Below are positions 24,085 through 37,800 of a stretch of 64,000 nt of DNA, piece after piece. The position numbers were made by a program, and so were the translations under genes. Source of the stretch: Enoplolaimus lenunculus (taxonomy: Eukaryota); contig JASANG010003696.1 of NCBI GenBank assembly GCA_030248215.1, positions 1 through 64,000 of the forward strand. The letters run 5' to 3'. A model generated the notes under the pieces. That model made no database searches and was not told the origin of the DNA. It saw only the letters and a program-made list of their open reading frames with translations. Position 1 is the stretch's first letter. Each line of letters begins with the position of its first letter.

Positions 24085-27000
24085 TTAATATTTGGCCGAT
24101 TTTGCGCGTAATACAACCGCCGGACGAAGCGGTTTTGCTTTAATAGTATTATTTTCCAAGTCAACAGTTGATTTAGTCGATTTTACTTTACAAGATGGCC
24201 GTATATTAACAGGCCGCCCACTGTTTGATGGCGGTAACTCGTTGGCAGTATCGGTTTGAACGTCAGCGTAGACTCCGTTACATAATTTCCCGTTGAGAAA
24301 ATTATCTCGGTAGCTAAAATTGTCTATAGACGTAGGATTAAGCCTTTGAATTTGCTGCTCGCTGTATTCGTTGGTACCCGAATTTGAATGAAAATAGGAA
24401 TAATCGACGGACGATAAAATACCAGAAATTATACCCAGGGCAACGACGACGGCACTGGTGGCACCTGAAAGGAAAAATGCTCGCGATTGACTAATGCGAA
24501 ACGGACTGAAATTAGACGGGGCCATTTTAGGATTAAACTGACGTTAAGACCATCGAAACAGCTGTTTCAGCGTACCGCAGGTGTACTGTTTGTTTAAAAG
24601 TTTAAGCCTAACCTAAGCCTAAATTATATATGCCAAAAGTTGACAATTTCTGCCCATCTAAACACCAGGTTTTAAACACGGTTTTCTGTTGAACTGCAAT
24701 AGAGCAAGATTAAGCTTTAGACTTAGATTTAGGAATATGTGTATACTACACCAATTTGCCAGGCTAGCAGTTATAATTATATTAAAACACATTGAATAAG
24801 GACTGATTAGTTGCAAACGGGTATCTAGCGGCCTAGCTGAACTGAACTAATATTGCAACAAAGCCCTAATTCAGTTCAACATACCCCAATCGAGTGAATA
24901 CTTTGAAATAATTATTTTGCATTAAGAATTTTGAATTTGTTTTGAGCATCACCTGGATGTCAACAGCGGCAAATAGCTGTATCGCACCGGACACATAATG
25001 TGAATATTTGAAATATATCAACAGATATATTTTATTGAGTTCCGGCTACAATAATAAAACGTGGCTAAATTTTAAAGTTATTATTACAAAATCTGAAAAT
25101 TTTGAAAATTGTGCGGGGAAGTGTACAAGAGCCACAACGATGCTTACCGAGTAATTGAGCGTACGACTCAACAATAAAACGATTTCGACTCGCAACACAT
25201 TGTTGTCGGCGATAATTGGAATACGACTCATGTGTAAGCCATTTAGACTGCAGTCGACGTATAAAATCAGTTTCATTTCCGAGTTTGAGCAGCCTGTAGA
25301 TAAAGTTTAAATTAAAAGCCCTTATCGTCAGCTTAAACGTCGATATCGAACGAAACACTGCGAACTCAAAATTTATGAGGAAAAATTCGATGAAGAATAT
25401 TGACCACTGTAAAGAACACGGGGCGGAACAGTATTATAAGCATATTCCTAAGTCTAAGCTTAAGCCTAAGCCTAAAGCGTTAAAGGATGAGCATATTTCT
25501 AAGCCTAAGCGTAAGCCAAGCAAAAAAATTAGTCTAAAGCTTAAACTTACTCTTTTCTAGTCTCACAGAAAAACGTTCCGAGCCTGATCTTTACATGGGC
25601 CAGAATATTAAAGGTTTACAAACCATATGGCAAACTGTAAATCTAGCATTTACATACCGTTGAGAAAGCTGATGGTAATTTCGTAAGGTTGAAAAAGACC
25701 TTACTGTTTTATCTCAAAATATTTTCTGACGGGGGGTTAGTGTACGTCCATTGTCCCCCCCCCTTGTTGATCTGATAGTAAACTTACGCTGAATTGATAT
25801 ATGATCTTAAATTAGGGTCTGTTTTTGAAATTCCAATTGCATAATGTGACGGCGGTATTGAAACAAATGGTGATGAATATAGCGTTCCACAAGAACCCGA
25901 TGCCGCGGTGTTTATCCACGTTCCGTCGCCTGAAAAATTTCTTGAAACCAGATGTATATGTCAAGTATACCAAGTACTGTGCCATGCCCGTACCCAGGAC
26001 TTAATCTCGGGATGGTGTAAACCTTATGCTAAACTGTTATGCAAACGAGCATAGCGAAATATATATTGAGAGTGGGCGTAGCAACTAGCGAGCGAATTCA
26101 TTGCTATGTAATGCCAGTTGGTAAATTCTAAAACCTGTAAAGTGCCGCCTACACTTATGACTTGTGAAATATCGTGAAGTATGTTACGCAATTGTATAGA
26201 ACAATAAGCATATTCCTAAGCCTAAGATTAACCTTAAGCCGAAGCCTAAGCCTAAGCTTAAAGCTTAAGGAACAAAATTAGTCTAAAGCTTTAAGCTTTA
26301 CTCTATTGCAGTCTCGTAGAAAAACGCTCCGTCCCCGATCTTTACATGAGCCGAAGTATAAAAGTACTCTAAGGCAAAACGAAATGAGTTACCAATGAAA
26401 ACCAGTTTTTCATCTGGTTTCGAATTTTCTACCATTTCAATCGCTGCTCGCAAACTAACGGGTTGTTGTACCGCAGGCAGAAGTCGGTCTCGAAGTATCC
26501 GGTAGTCTTTTGACCACGGAGTAGAAGCGACACTTTGTAGCGTTTGATACTGATACGAATGGTCGTTTTCGTGATCGAACCGGTATTTCCTGAAATTATA
26601 GGAATTTCCAGGCTCATGTAAAGATCAGGGTCGAAGAGTTTTTCTTTAGGACAAGAATGGAGTAAGCTTAAGCTTTAGGCTAATTTTTTGGCTTGGCTTA
26701 GGTTTAGGCTTAGGCTTAGGCTTAGCAATATACATGTTCTTAATCTGAAGCTTAAGCTGACTATATTCCAGTCACACGGAATAACGTTCCGCCCCTCGAC
26801 TATACATGGTCCACAAAATGATATAGGTTTAGGCTTAGGCTTAGGAATACGGCTTATACTACTGTTCCGCGCCTGTTCTATGCATTGGCCAGTGTGATAG
26901 CTTACTTCAACTGATCAGCTTCACGTTTTGCCAGTTGCTTAATATACGAGTCTTCAATCGAACCGGGTAACGCAACGATTTTTCCAATGGATTTGTCTGA

Positions 27001-30000
27001 GATGTCAAACTTGCTTTTTATCCAATAAAAATTGCGACTGTCTGAAATATCATAATACAATGCATAACCGTATGCGCGGTTCAATTTTCAACGCGACTTC
27101 CAATGTCACATACAACTATCCTTTAAAAATTTAAACTTAAATTATAGTTTAACTAAACTTAGATATCTGTTTAAGTAAAACTTAAATGGCGCGAACGGAC
27201 TAACGAAACTACAATTTTAAGTTCAATTTCAACTACATATTTTTAAAATTCAGCGTTGTTCACAAAGTTTAAATTATAGCTAATGCTACGTTCAGACTTA
27301 AAATGAGTTTAATCGTAACCAACCAGTTAATTTAATTAGTTTGGAAAGTTGGTTTAATACTGCTAGGTAAGCTTAAGCTTGAATCGAGTTAGTTTAAGTT
27401 TTTAGAGAGCAGCATACCACCAATTTTCACCTGTTCAACTTAAAAATATACAAATTAAAGACCGGTTTAAACTTAAGAATATGGTATAGTGTAACTATTA
27501 GCAGGTTCTATTCTATACCCGAGTTGACGATGGCACCAAATGTAGCGACACCGCCCCATATTCCGACAGCGGCCAGACCAAAATACCACCAAAGTGCAGC
27601 GGTAGACCTTCGAAACACAGTTCTTGGGCCTGTCATGCCTAGAATTAACGTTAAATCAAATGCTCTGAACAATGGGGCTTTAAGCTATACTGTCAAGTTT
27701 GTAGCCAGCTCACTTTGCTTGGATGGAGGCTAAAAATTTTCACGACGGGCATACAACAGTTTTTGTTGACTTACAATCAAGGTTGTAAATTATCTAGGTG
27801 GTCAAATTTTCCAGGGATGGGGCTGAGGCCGCCATTGGCTACGGATTACTTTTGTGCTTATAATTTAATGTAAACAAACCAATGATAAAACAATCTAAAA
27901 TCCGCAATTGTAATAAACGTTGATTTGTAATTTGCCGCAGGTATTTAAAAAAGTTGCTACTGCAAAACGGGCAGTCAAAACAACGAAAACTATCAGTGAG
28001 GATAATAACGAAAACGGAAAACGGATATTAAAGTATAAAAGTTTAAACGACGGTTTGTTTCGTACCATACGGTGTCACCAGCGTATACAACGACCACAAA
28101 ATAGATCGTTCAGGACTGGACGGCCAAAATGACGTACAACATTTCGGGCACCGCCTATGATGCTCAAGACAGCTATCGCAAATCCAAAGAAATACGCAAA
28201 TAATCAGATAGCCGATTAATGCTGCAACAAAAACCGGCCAACTCAACGATCGAACCAGATGAAGGACAGAGCTTGCGATACCTGATTTCTGGTCACGAGT
28301 TAACAGCTGATATGGGTTCGTTTTGTGCAATATTGCTGACGGCACGGGGCTGTAGTAGGGTAACGAAAAATCAAGACGTGTTGACAACTCTTCGGTCGGA
28401 CGAAGCGGGCCAAGCAGAAGATCGAATTGCTGAAAGTAGGCATAAAGAGAGTCTATGTACGTATTCAATTATGGGCCCATATTCTCAACTGTGTACAGCA
28501 CCAATCACCAGTTAGCGATAGTTTTTCAAGCTGACGAATATCTGCAGTTGCAGATGGTAAAATTGGTACAGAAATAGGGCAAATCAAACGCAAACAACGT
28601 GTTGAATTTAGAACCTCACCATGCGTTGGTTTCAAAGTTACTACAGGGCCAATTACTAACTGGTGATAGGTGCTACACACATTTGCGAATACAGGCCAAG
28701 ACAGCAATTAATGTCAAAAGATTTAGCTGAATGACTTAATTTGAAGTAAAAATTGTATAACAGTACCTGTGTATTCATAAATTTTGCCAGCATTGCAAAA
28801 GAAAACTGCCAAAATATTGTTGGCAAAGCCGCCTATGTGGTCTACTATTATTTTGACCAGTTAAACCTAAAACTTTTGTTTATGACAACTTTGTTTGTGA
28901 TAGCACCAATTGACTGGTATTGGCATAAATGAATTAAATATCTTGCGACTTAATTGGTTTGATTTTTTGTCCCGTGCACAGATCAGGGGAGGAATGTTTT
29001 TCCACAGGATAACAATGGAGTAAGCTTAAGCATTAATTCTTTTGCTTAGGCTTTGGCATAGCCTTAGGTATAAGCTCATTCGTGCGCTTAGGCTTAGACT
29101 TAGGCTTAGGAATATTATACTACTGTAACGGCCCTGTTCTTTACATTGCCCGAGTTTTTTTACCGTTTTCGACGCTTAGTTGCAGCCATACGGTGATAAA
29201 ATTAAATGCTAATATCGAAAGTATTCTATAACGATTAGCATTCTTTTTCGACTATAACTGACAATTGTCTATTGTAAACATTAACAAAAAACTACGCTTC
29301 GAACTCTGAAGCCAGCGAAGCTGATGACCTCAGAGCTTCTAGAAAACTTTTGGTTTCCTATAGAATATTTTCAACCTGGCTTGTAAAGGATCACATATCT
29401 CTCTGCGTGTCCCTAATGAGCATATTTGAGTCCCCGTAGCATTTTGAGAGCTGTTGATGGGGTGAACTCACAGCAAACAAAAATCAAAACTATTAACAAT
29501 TAACTATGACGTCAATTGATTACCTCATTTTGTAATCCGGACACTGCATCACTCCACCACTGTCTTGTTCCATCGTTTCTATCCGGTTTGTGAGATGATT
29601 CCGGTTGCACCGGAACCGTATGTAAACGGAACCGACAGTGTAAAACATCGCATAATGCGTTCATAATGTCAATACTATAGCCACTGGCTGTGTTGCCGTC
29701 GATAATGACGAATGGCGAATGCTGAAATGAAAATTATATTGTAGAACGCAAACATTTTGATAATTTTATAAAACAAATAGCACCCATTTTTAGAACGGCT
29801 CATGTAAATATCAGGGGCGAAACGTTTTTGTGCGGTATTGCAATAGAGTAAGCTTTTTGGTGAATTTTATGTTTAGACTTAGGTTTAGGCTTAGGTGTAA
29901 GCGGATTCTTACGCTTAGGTTTAGGCTTACGTTTAGACTTAGGAAAGTGATACTAGGTACTGTAATTGGCATTTAAAACAATCAACGAACAAAGTCGAAA

Positions 30001-30563
30001 TTAAACTTTAGAATTTGTTTAAGGTTAGAATTAGAGTAACGCAAAAATTTCGGATAAGGATTTGGTTTGCTTAGCCTTGTTTAAGTTCAAGATTAGGATA
30101 AAAAATCTTTAGACTGAATCATTAGATTTTGGTTTTGGCTAAGGTTCCGGTTCAGTGCTGTTTACATGCGCCATTATCGCAATGCAACTGTAAGATTAAG
30201 AATTAAACTACTCACATCTGAACGATCCGATGGCAGAAAGAATTCGCTGAGATTGAAAAAACGACATTATTCAAAATAATCTGTTTAGATTGAATAGTTT
30301 ACTTACACCGGCTTCGATTTAAGGCACTCATCACAAGACCTTTGGCGTATTCACACCTGAAACGTCCAGAACCTGCGAAAATTTACCTCAAACGCAACCA
30401 CACTGTAAATGTCACCAGCTGGTGTCGTGTTTCCTACTTGAGCAGCATTGCTTATTATTAGTTCATGGACCGTGTAATCCACTCTTGTCCACGGATCAAG
30501 TCCCGTACTTAGCGGAACAACTATCATAATGGTGCAAAACAGTAAATAATGATAAGGTAACAT
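24085..30563 (-). CDS. Divergent ionotropic glutamate receptor / IR-like ligand-gated channel lacking ATD, ~619 aa, 9 exons
   Basis: Exons 30563-30387, 29721-29524, 28429-28066, 27638-27519, 27041-26906, 26589-26393, 25929-25788, 25293-25148, 24464-24085, all GT-AG and phase-consistent. Signal peptide, S1 (HSPFVIIDG..GYSIDIMNAL..LDFSLPYY), M1, pore loop (ILWSLYTLVTPYG), M3 (PRTVFRR..LWWYF), S2 (YAIGISK..LRSYINSALLKL..LQSKW), M4. Confidence 0.88.
25402..25601 (-). mobile_element. Family A TTAGGC MITE with perfect TSD
   Basis: Both TIRs present. Perfect 8-bp duplication AGAATATT at 25394-25401 and 25602-25609. Confidence 0.95.
26190..26352 (-). mobile_element. Family A TTAGGC MITE, one end degraded
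   Basis: CCTAAG block ending ...CCCCGATCTTTACATGAGCC. Confidence 0.8.
26611..26890 (+). mobile_element. Composite family A MITE filling most of a 316-bp intron
   Basis: Left TIR at 26611, an inverted left-end segment at ~26740-26812, right TIR ending at 26890. No TSD. Confidence 0.75.
28969..29151 (+). mobile_element. Family A TTAGGC MITE
   Basis: Degenerate TIRs. Flanks GATTTTTT / GAGTTTTT. Confidence 0.85.
29797..29971 (+). mobile_element. Family A TTAGGC MITE
   Basis: Left TIR intact, right TIR partly deleted. Flanks TTTAGAAC / TTTAAAAC. Confidence 0.8.
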
Positions 30564-30669
30564 TTCAGGTAAATATTGGGTTAAAGTTTAAAAAATGGTA
30601 AATTTTTAATATTGTATATTAATCAAAGTTATCTTTGTGTCCAACTAGAATTTGAACTGGAGGAAAATC

Positions 30670-30854
30670 GGCCAATGTATAGAACAGGAACGTAACAGTA
30701 ATATAAACATATTACTATGACTAAAACTAAGCCTAAACTAAGCCTAAAGTTAAGCGTAAGAATGAGCTTATACCTAGACCTAAGACTAAGCTTAAGTTTA
30801 AGCCAGGCGAAAAATTAATTGAAAGGTTAAGAAACCACAGAAAAACGTTCCGCC
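30670..30854 (-). mobile_element. Family A TTAGGC MITE ~110 bp upstream of the IR-like start codon
   Basis: GGCCAATGTATAGAACAGG ... CAGAAAAACGTTCCGCC, truncated. Confidence 0.8.
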
Positions 30855-31769
30855 ATGGAAGCTTGAAGGAAAACTGTATCGGTGAGGTTTTCGCTTGTAG
30901 CATAAGGATTGGTGAAGCTAAAATTACAGGAAGTGCAGTTTCTCGGAATAATCGGAGAGTAGTAGTGTTAACTTAAAAATGAACAGATCAATAAATATCC
31001 ATTCTGAGTTTTATATTCTTTGTGCGTGACCAAGCCAAACTCAATGCTGATTGGTTGAGTTAAAGCAAACAAAATTTGAAACATTTTCCCACAATTTCAA
31101 TTTCAAATTTCTATCTCAAAAGCACGACACGATTCGTATAAGCTTTGAATTAATACGTTAGCTCTAAAACTTGCAAAAAATGTTATTTTAGCAAGCTGCA
31201 GCTTAAACTATGACACAAGCCTGTGTGTTATAACAAAAAAGTTGCGGTGCAGTGCAGAATACAAGCCGGTAAACCGTAAATAAGCGTTCCACAATGAGCC
31301 GCTTAGACCCAAATATATATATATTATATATATAAATATATATATTTATATATATATATGTATGTAGCTTAAAATGTAGCATTTACCACTCTTAAAACGC
31401 ACCGCTGTAAAGGTAGTTAAATTAAAGCAACGATACTTGAATTCGTCAAAATATTCACAAAATTTAGTTTAAGATAACTTTCTTAACGCTTTATAAAAAC
31501 GTTTTCTGTCTGGCTTGGAAGAGCAGTTACGAATCTAAAATAGCATCATATTTTCTGCTAAATTGGCTGCAAAGAATTAGGTTCAATTCACCGAAATATT
31601 AATTAAAGATTAACTCGAGTTGAATTAGATTTAAAATTGAGCAAAGTTTAAACCCGAGTTCGAGTCAATTTGTCGATAGGTCCATTGTGGGTTAGCACTA
31701 GCAATTGCCAACCTGGTCCGTGTGCTTTTTGTAATGCGACCCCATTTAGAAAAAATTGGACAAGCCTAT

Positions 31770-31907
31770 TAAGTAAGAATGAGCATATTCCTAAGCCTAA
31801 GCAAAAGCCTAAGCCTAAAGCCAAGCAAAACAAAATTAGTCTAAAGCTTAAGCTAAACTTTTGCAGTCCCACGAAAAAACGTTCCGCCCCTGATCTTTAC
31901 ATGACCC
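31770..31907 (-). mobile_element. Family A TTAGGC MITE, partial
   Basis: AAGAATGAGCATATTCCTAAGCCTAAG ... CCGCCCCTGATCTTTACATGACCC. Confidence 0.8.
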
Positions 31908-32466
31908 GAAATCTGTTACAAACCAATGACACAAATTTTACTTCAGTAGCCCTCAAGGGACCTTGGGATGAATCGAGTGGCAAAACCGCATGGATGCGGA
32001 AAGAATACTGGGTTCGGGTTGTGTAAGTTGAGTCCATGGAAGAATATATTAAACATCTTTCGACTCTATATTTATAGCTAAAACAATTGGTTAGATGACT
32101 CAAGGGAGGTAGCCGCCGCGGCGGACGCAGAAATTTCTAACCGGGGTGGACAGGGTATAGTTATGAAACTCAATTTTTGTTGTATGCTATATATGCCAAT
32201 TTTCTGGGGTGCAAAAATTGTAACGTGATCGTACGATTTTGTCACAAAAAATTTTCTGATGGATGGCGTACGCACCCCCTCCAAACGCCCCTCTCTGGAT
32301 CCGCTACTCAACATACTGGGGTGGGGGGGGGCAGATTTTATTAAAAACGTTCCTAGGGTGCAAAGATTTTGCTATCCATTCTGGCTACGGCTTCATTGAT
32401 GGTGCTTCACCACCATTTCTCATACCTTCAGGAGGATAGTGACAGTGGTAAACCTTCTACTCGAGA

Positions 32467-32606
32467 GGCCAATGTAAAGAAATGGGGCGGTACAGTATTA
32501 TGCCTAAGCCTAAGCCTAAGCCAGGCAATGAAATTAGTCTAAAGCTTAAGCTTACTCTATTGCAGTCGCACAGAAAAACGTTTCGCCGCAGATCTTTACA
32601 TGGGCC
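32467..32606 (-). mobile_element. Family A TTAGGC MITE, short
   Basis: Both TIRs present (GGCCAATGTAAAGAA ... GATCTTTACATGGGCC). Confidence 0.85.
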
Positions 32607-32918
32607 AATGGAGGCAACGAAAATAAACAATTTGCTTGTATTTTGGTTTTTTAATGTTTTTTTTGCATTTATTAATTATATTTTAGTGCATTTACTGTAA
32701 CATATTTGCAATTTGATGCTTTGTATCGCGTTGTTGTAAAGTATTGTTTATTTTTAAGTCGTTGCATCTTTGTTTAGGCGCAGCAGCCAAACCCATTTTA
32801 GTAAATTTTTACTGCTAGAAAGTTGAAGTATGACTGAATTCTAGCAATACTTTTTCACATTTTATCTGAATATTAATTGTTCAATTTGATTTTTCAGTAC
32901 GTTTACGTATAAACCTGT

Positions 32919-33085
32919 CTTAGGGTTGCGCTATACTTGTCGCATGACTCCGTCCGTCAACACCCGTTATCCGTCCGGCGCTTTCCTTCATCCGTAGTAT
33001 GGTACGGGAGTCATTTCCGCGCGATACTGCGCCGTGACACACGGTGACGGACGGCGCCGTACGGGTGATGGGCGACATAAGACAG
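32919..33085 (-). repeat. Unexpanded relative of the element hosting the 20-bp minisatellite
   Basis: TTAGGGTTGCGCTATACTTG matches the reverse complement of 6943-6962, and ACGGTGACGGACGGCGCCGTACGGGTGA matches the minisatellite seed units. Confidence 0.7.
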
Positions 33086-33156
33086 TAGTAAAATCAGGGA
33101 AAATATTAATGGAAAACGAAAACAAAACAGCTGTAGTTCAACTTTATCTGAAAAAT

Positions 33157-33369
33157 AGCCAATGTAAAGAACAGGGGCGGAACAGTATTATAAGCTTATT
33201 ACTAAGCATAAGCCTAATCATATAAGCCTAAGCCTAAGCGTAAGCATGAGTTTATTCCTAAGCTTAAGCTTAAGCCTAAGCTGAAGCCAAGCAAAAAATT
33301 AGTCTAAAGCTTAAGCATACTCTATTGCTGTCCCACAGAAAAACGTTCCGCCTCGGATCTTTACGGGCC
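33157..33369 (-). mobile_element. Family A TTAGGC MITE
   Basis: Both TIRs present. Flanks TGAAAAAT / TGAAACAT. Confidence 0.9.
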
Positions 33370-34888
33370 TGAAACATGATACAATTTTACTGTTAGTTTT
33401 TAATCTTTCATATCATGAATATTATCTATTAAAGATTTAATTTAATGCATGATTTTCAACCAACACCTGTCGGTTAAGAGTCGATTTACGATATGTAAAA
33501 CCTAAATCCGTAAATTTTGAAGTATATCCCTCAAATGATTCGCGCAGCTATTAATTATTTAATTGTAATATTATTGTTAAACGGAAAGACGATAGGTAAA
33601 GTATACTTTTAGTTTTTCTAATAGCGAAATTTTTGAGTCTTTTATTTCAAAAATGCGTTTTATTTAGCACCAAAATCAAAACTTAAAAACCTATTAATGA
33701 TTGTTAAAAGTTTGCTGGTCACTTGTGTTCCGGTGACGGATGCAGGATTTCTCAGCATGGGGATCCGTTATCAACTTTGATATGAACTCTCAAATGGCAT
33801 TCATTTTTACAATTGAAATTTTTCCAATTCCTGGATCCCCTCTACCGTCCGCCCTTGTCTTGTTCAATTTCTTCCTACAAACACAGCCTTAGGTTTAGGC
33901 CCCCGAAAATAAGAGTTCACTTGAATAAGAGCGATGTAATCTGTTTTAATATTTCAGCATCAGATGCGTCGGACAGGAAACGAACTGTTTCCGGAACGCC
34001 GGAAATCTTAAAGCTGACACCGGTAATAGCATTGTTTTGGTTTAATATTTTTCAGTAGATTTTAGCGTTTCAGTATTTTTCACCTCCGGTTGCACTCTTC
34101 ATGTATACATTGAAACAATTGTCATGCTTAATATTTTGGCATCCATATTTGCGTCTGTGTATAAATTAGGGACGTATGGTTTATTTTCGTGGGAAAACTC
34201 CCAGAAGGTGTCGCTTACGTTTTGAGGTTCTAAAATTGAAAAATTTTGCAAAAATGTTGAAATTGTATTATTAAGCAGAATTTTTTAATGATGTAATTTT
34301 CATAAGAAACATCGTGAGCGAAGCGAGCAAAAAGCGAGACGTATTAATTTTAGTGCTAAATAAATACTGCACTACTGTCATTTTTGGGGCAAGTATAGTT
34401 GTGAAGCTAACTAAGACTATCTGACTACGCTTGCGGAACAAGTGCAGACATCCACATAAACATACCACGCCTCTTGTCACTTAGTGGCCATAATTGCAGG
34501 GGTTAAATACATAGACTGCCGCAGACGAGATTTCTTGGTGATTTCTAGCGCTGACCACTGCATATTTAACCTAATTTGTCTGAGTGACTCGAAACTGAAA
34601 ATGTGTAAGATAGAGCGACCTTACCATTTTATCAGGAAACTTATTAAGACGGGTGGCGTTCGCACCAATCTCCTTTGGATCCGCTGGTGGCTAAGGGCCT
34701 TATCTATATATTGGCCCAAATTTGTTATCTGCAGCCAACAGTGTGCTATAGAAATCCGACAGACTGAAAACCTATCGCTGACTGAGGTTCTATACGCATT
34801 TCAGAATATGGGCCGATATAATTAGTTTTCGCCGGCGCTTTATGTAAGACAGTTACTTTTATGGCTTATTGCCCCGTCAATATTTTAG

Positions 34889-37800
34889 ATATACGTCGAC
34901 CAATGCGAAACCATGTCAAATTCAGAACTCAAAACTCGACTATCGAACAAAGGAAAATTTACCAATAAGTTTATGGCGTTGAATTTATCAGATACAATAC
35001 GTTTTGATGATTTATCCAGTCCAATTTTGTATTCGGTAAGCTCGAAAGTAGCTGGCAAACTTTAGGCTTAGGCTTAGGCTTAGGCTTAGGCTTAGGCGTT
35101 TTCAATATTATGTTTTGAAACAATTCTGATTCAGTTATAGAATTGGTTTATGCCTATTTCTTAATTCTTCTCCACTGTAAATTCCAATGTGTTGATTAAT
35201 CAACTCAGACGGAAAGTTAGTTATTTCTGAGTTAACAACAGAAAACTTTAGCTCACTTTGAGAGTTTCGTTGATTTTTACTCTGAGTTGAGTTGATTCCA
35301 GAGAAGTTGTATAATTAAATCAGAATGAGTTGAATCAACTCAGAATTCTGAGCGCTGATAGTCCTAAGAATTCATTCTGAGTTAAAATCAACTCATTCTG
35401 AGTTAAATCAACTCACTGCAATTTACAGTGTAAAAATTTCGATATCATAGAGAAGACTTCATTTTTTAACGCAAATTGTCTTTTATTAATAGACATATTT
35501 GTATTTGATACTGTCTCGACAGTCTTGTAGCTAAGCATTGTTAGCAATGCGAGAAATTGCAAAAAAACGTCTGGGTCAGAGCTTCCGACAACTTTTCTTA
35601 TATCTGCGATAGCGAGTCAGTAACAAAAGTTGATATTTTAATATATATATAACGCCAAACGAATATTGCAACTGAACGTAACGCTAGGAAAACATAGAAT
35701 AGTATTAATATAGGGTCGCTGTTTGAAAATGTATCGTTGTGAGATGTTAAACTTCGTTTCACGTAAACACTTTGGATACCTTAACCCCGTCTCACTTTGA
35801 GTTGCCTATAGGCAACTCAGCGCAGTATATATACGTTAAATAGTATATATCGCACCGTGTGTAACAATTGCAACACGTATACATAGTACTAAATCACCAC
35901 AACACTTGAGAGCCCCCTCGGGCGCGAACGTCAAGCTCCTATAACTGAGTGGTGATGGTATACGCCTCACTCTCCAGTCACTGGAGTTCGAATCCTACCA
36001 TTAAACTAGGTTTCAGGGGAAATAGAAAATATTCATGTGAGAAAGGGTTAAGCGAAAAAATTTTCAGTTTACTATCTATAACCCCTTCTCACATTGAATT
36101 GCCTATAGGCAACTCAGCGCAGTGTATATACGTTAAATAGTATATATCGCACCGTGCTTAACAATTGCAACACGTATACATAGTACTAAATCACCACAAG
36201 ACGTGAGAGCCCCTCGGGCGCGAGCGTCAAGCTCCTATAGCTGAGTGGTGATGGTATACGGCTCACACTCCAGTCACTGGAGTTCGAATCCTACCATAAA
36301 AGTAAGTCTGAGGGGAAATAGAAAACATTGATGTGAGAAAGGATTAAGCCTCGGAAAGAAGACTTGTAAGCTACGGTGTGATATTTGAATGTAATCTAGT
36401 ATTAGATTTGAATTCATTATCGGGCACCAGTTCCGGCTCTGGCTCCGGCCGGACATTAGGCAGGTTTTGGTATCAGGTCGCACCCTTATATATAACCCTA
36501 TTCAAACGCATAAACTTCTGTAGTATAAGAATATACAGCGGCGATTTGCACCTGCAAAAACTTGCACGTGTGAAAAATTACCTACTTTTCAGGATCCGCC
36601 TCAATTGTACTGTGATCAATCATGTCAACGAAGAACAAAATTGATTCGTGATATATTTCGCCAGACGCTCGGATCTAAATTTCTGCCCCCAGGTGCATTT
36701 TTTCCCGAGGATCGGATACATCCGTGGGTCGCTGATGGAAATAGCGAACGGAAAAATAGCGAAGACTATTCGCAGGTTTAATGTAGACGTATTATTTCTT
36801 AGATTGCAGAATTGCAAGTGAAAAAAGTTTCAGTTTACTGTCTTTAAATTTTTCAGCTGCTATCAGCTGTTAATTTAAATACTGTAATATAAGCATTTTC
36901 CAAAATTCTAGAAAATAGTTTTTCGAATGTATCAAAACTTTCAGTTACCAATGCGTGTAAGTTTTACGATTTATCTGTCACCTGACACGCTAAAATACGC
37001 AGTGCCCGTCTCGCAATTAAAGACAGGAGGCTTAAAATTAGGATGTCTGTCTAAATAATTTTCTGGATGCAGGAAGTGTGATGTCATCTGAATATTTGTC
37101 TGAAAGTCTTTGAACTAAATAGGGATTTTAAAAGGATTTACTGATATATAGCCATCCACTTCCTATTAATTTGAAGTACCGTTCAGCGCAATCAATATTT
37201 TTGCTAGATTTTATTACCCTCAAGAAGCCGACAACACACAAATAGGTACACATAGTGGGTAGCTATTTAGTGAAAGGTTCATAAACTTTCAACGTGTTAA
37301 GTGGTAACTTAGCTATTTTCAGGATGAATATCGACAAGTTTTTGATGATTTACATCCGGGTACGATTCGGTCCGGTTCCGGTGAAGATCAAAAGCGTAGG
37401 GTCCGACAAACAATACGAAATCGTTCAAGTCGACATGAAAACAGAACTCGTGGACGGTCTAAACAAAACAAACTCAACACTGTAATGGATATTGGTATGT
37501 ATTCTGTTTACATTTACCTTTACCAAGACTGGATAATCGCTATATAGCAAGACTGTGCAATTGATATGATGCTGTGTACGAAAGAATGTACCCTGCGCAC
37601 GTTGCGTTTTTGGTCTACCCCCGTTGTTTAGCGGGGAGGTACAATTGAAAAATTCGTTCCGTCTGAGGCGTTAAACATGCATAATTTGCGTTCCAAATGT
37701 CAAACACCATCCTCCCAAGTGAGGGGGGTGTAAGCGAAAAATTCAACGCGCGCCAGTTACTTTTCGCATCATGCAGTTTTCGGTCAGTCGCACACTGTTG

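Noticed and set aside
35062..35097. True chromosome end or telomere-addition site
   Set aside because: Only six repeats, lying in an intron of a gene whose exons continue in phase on both sides.
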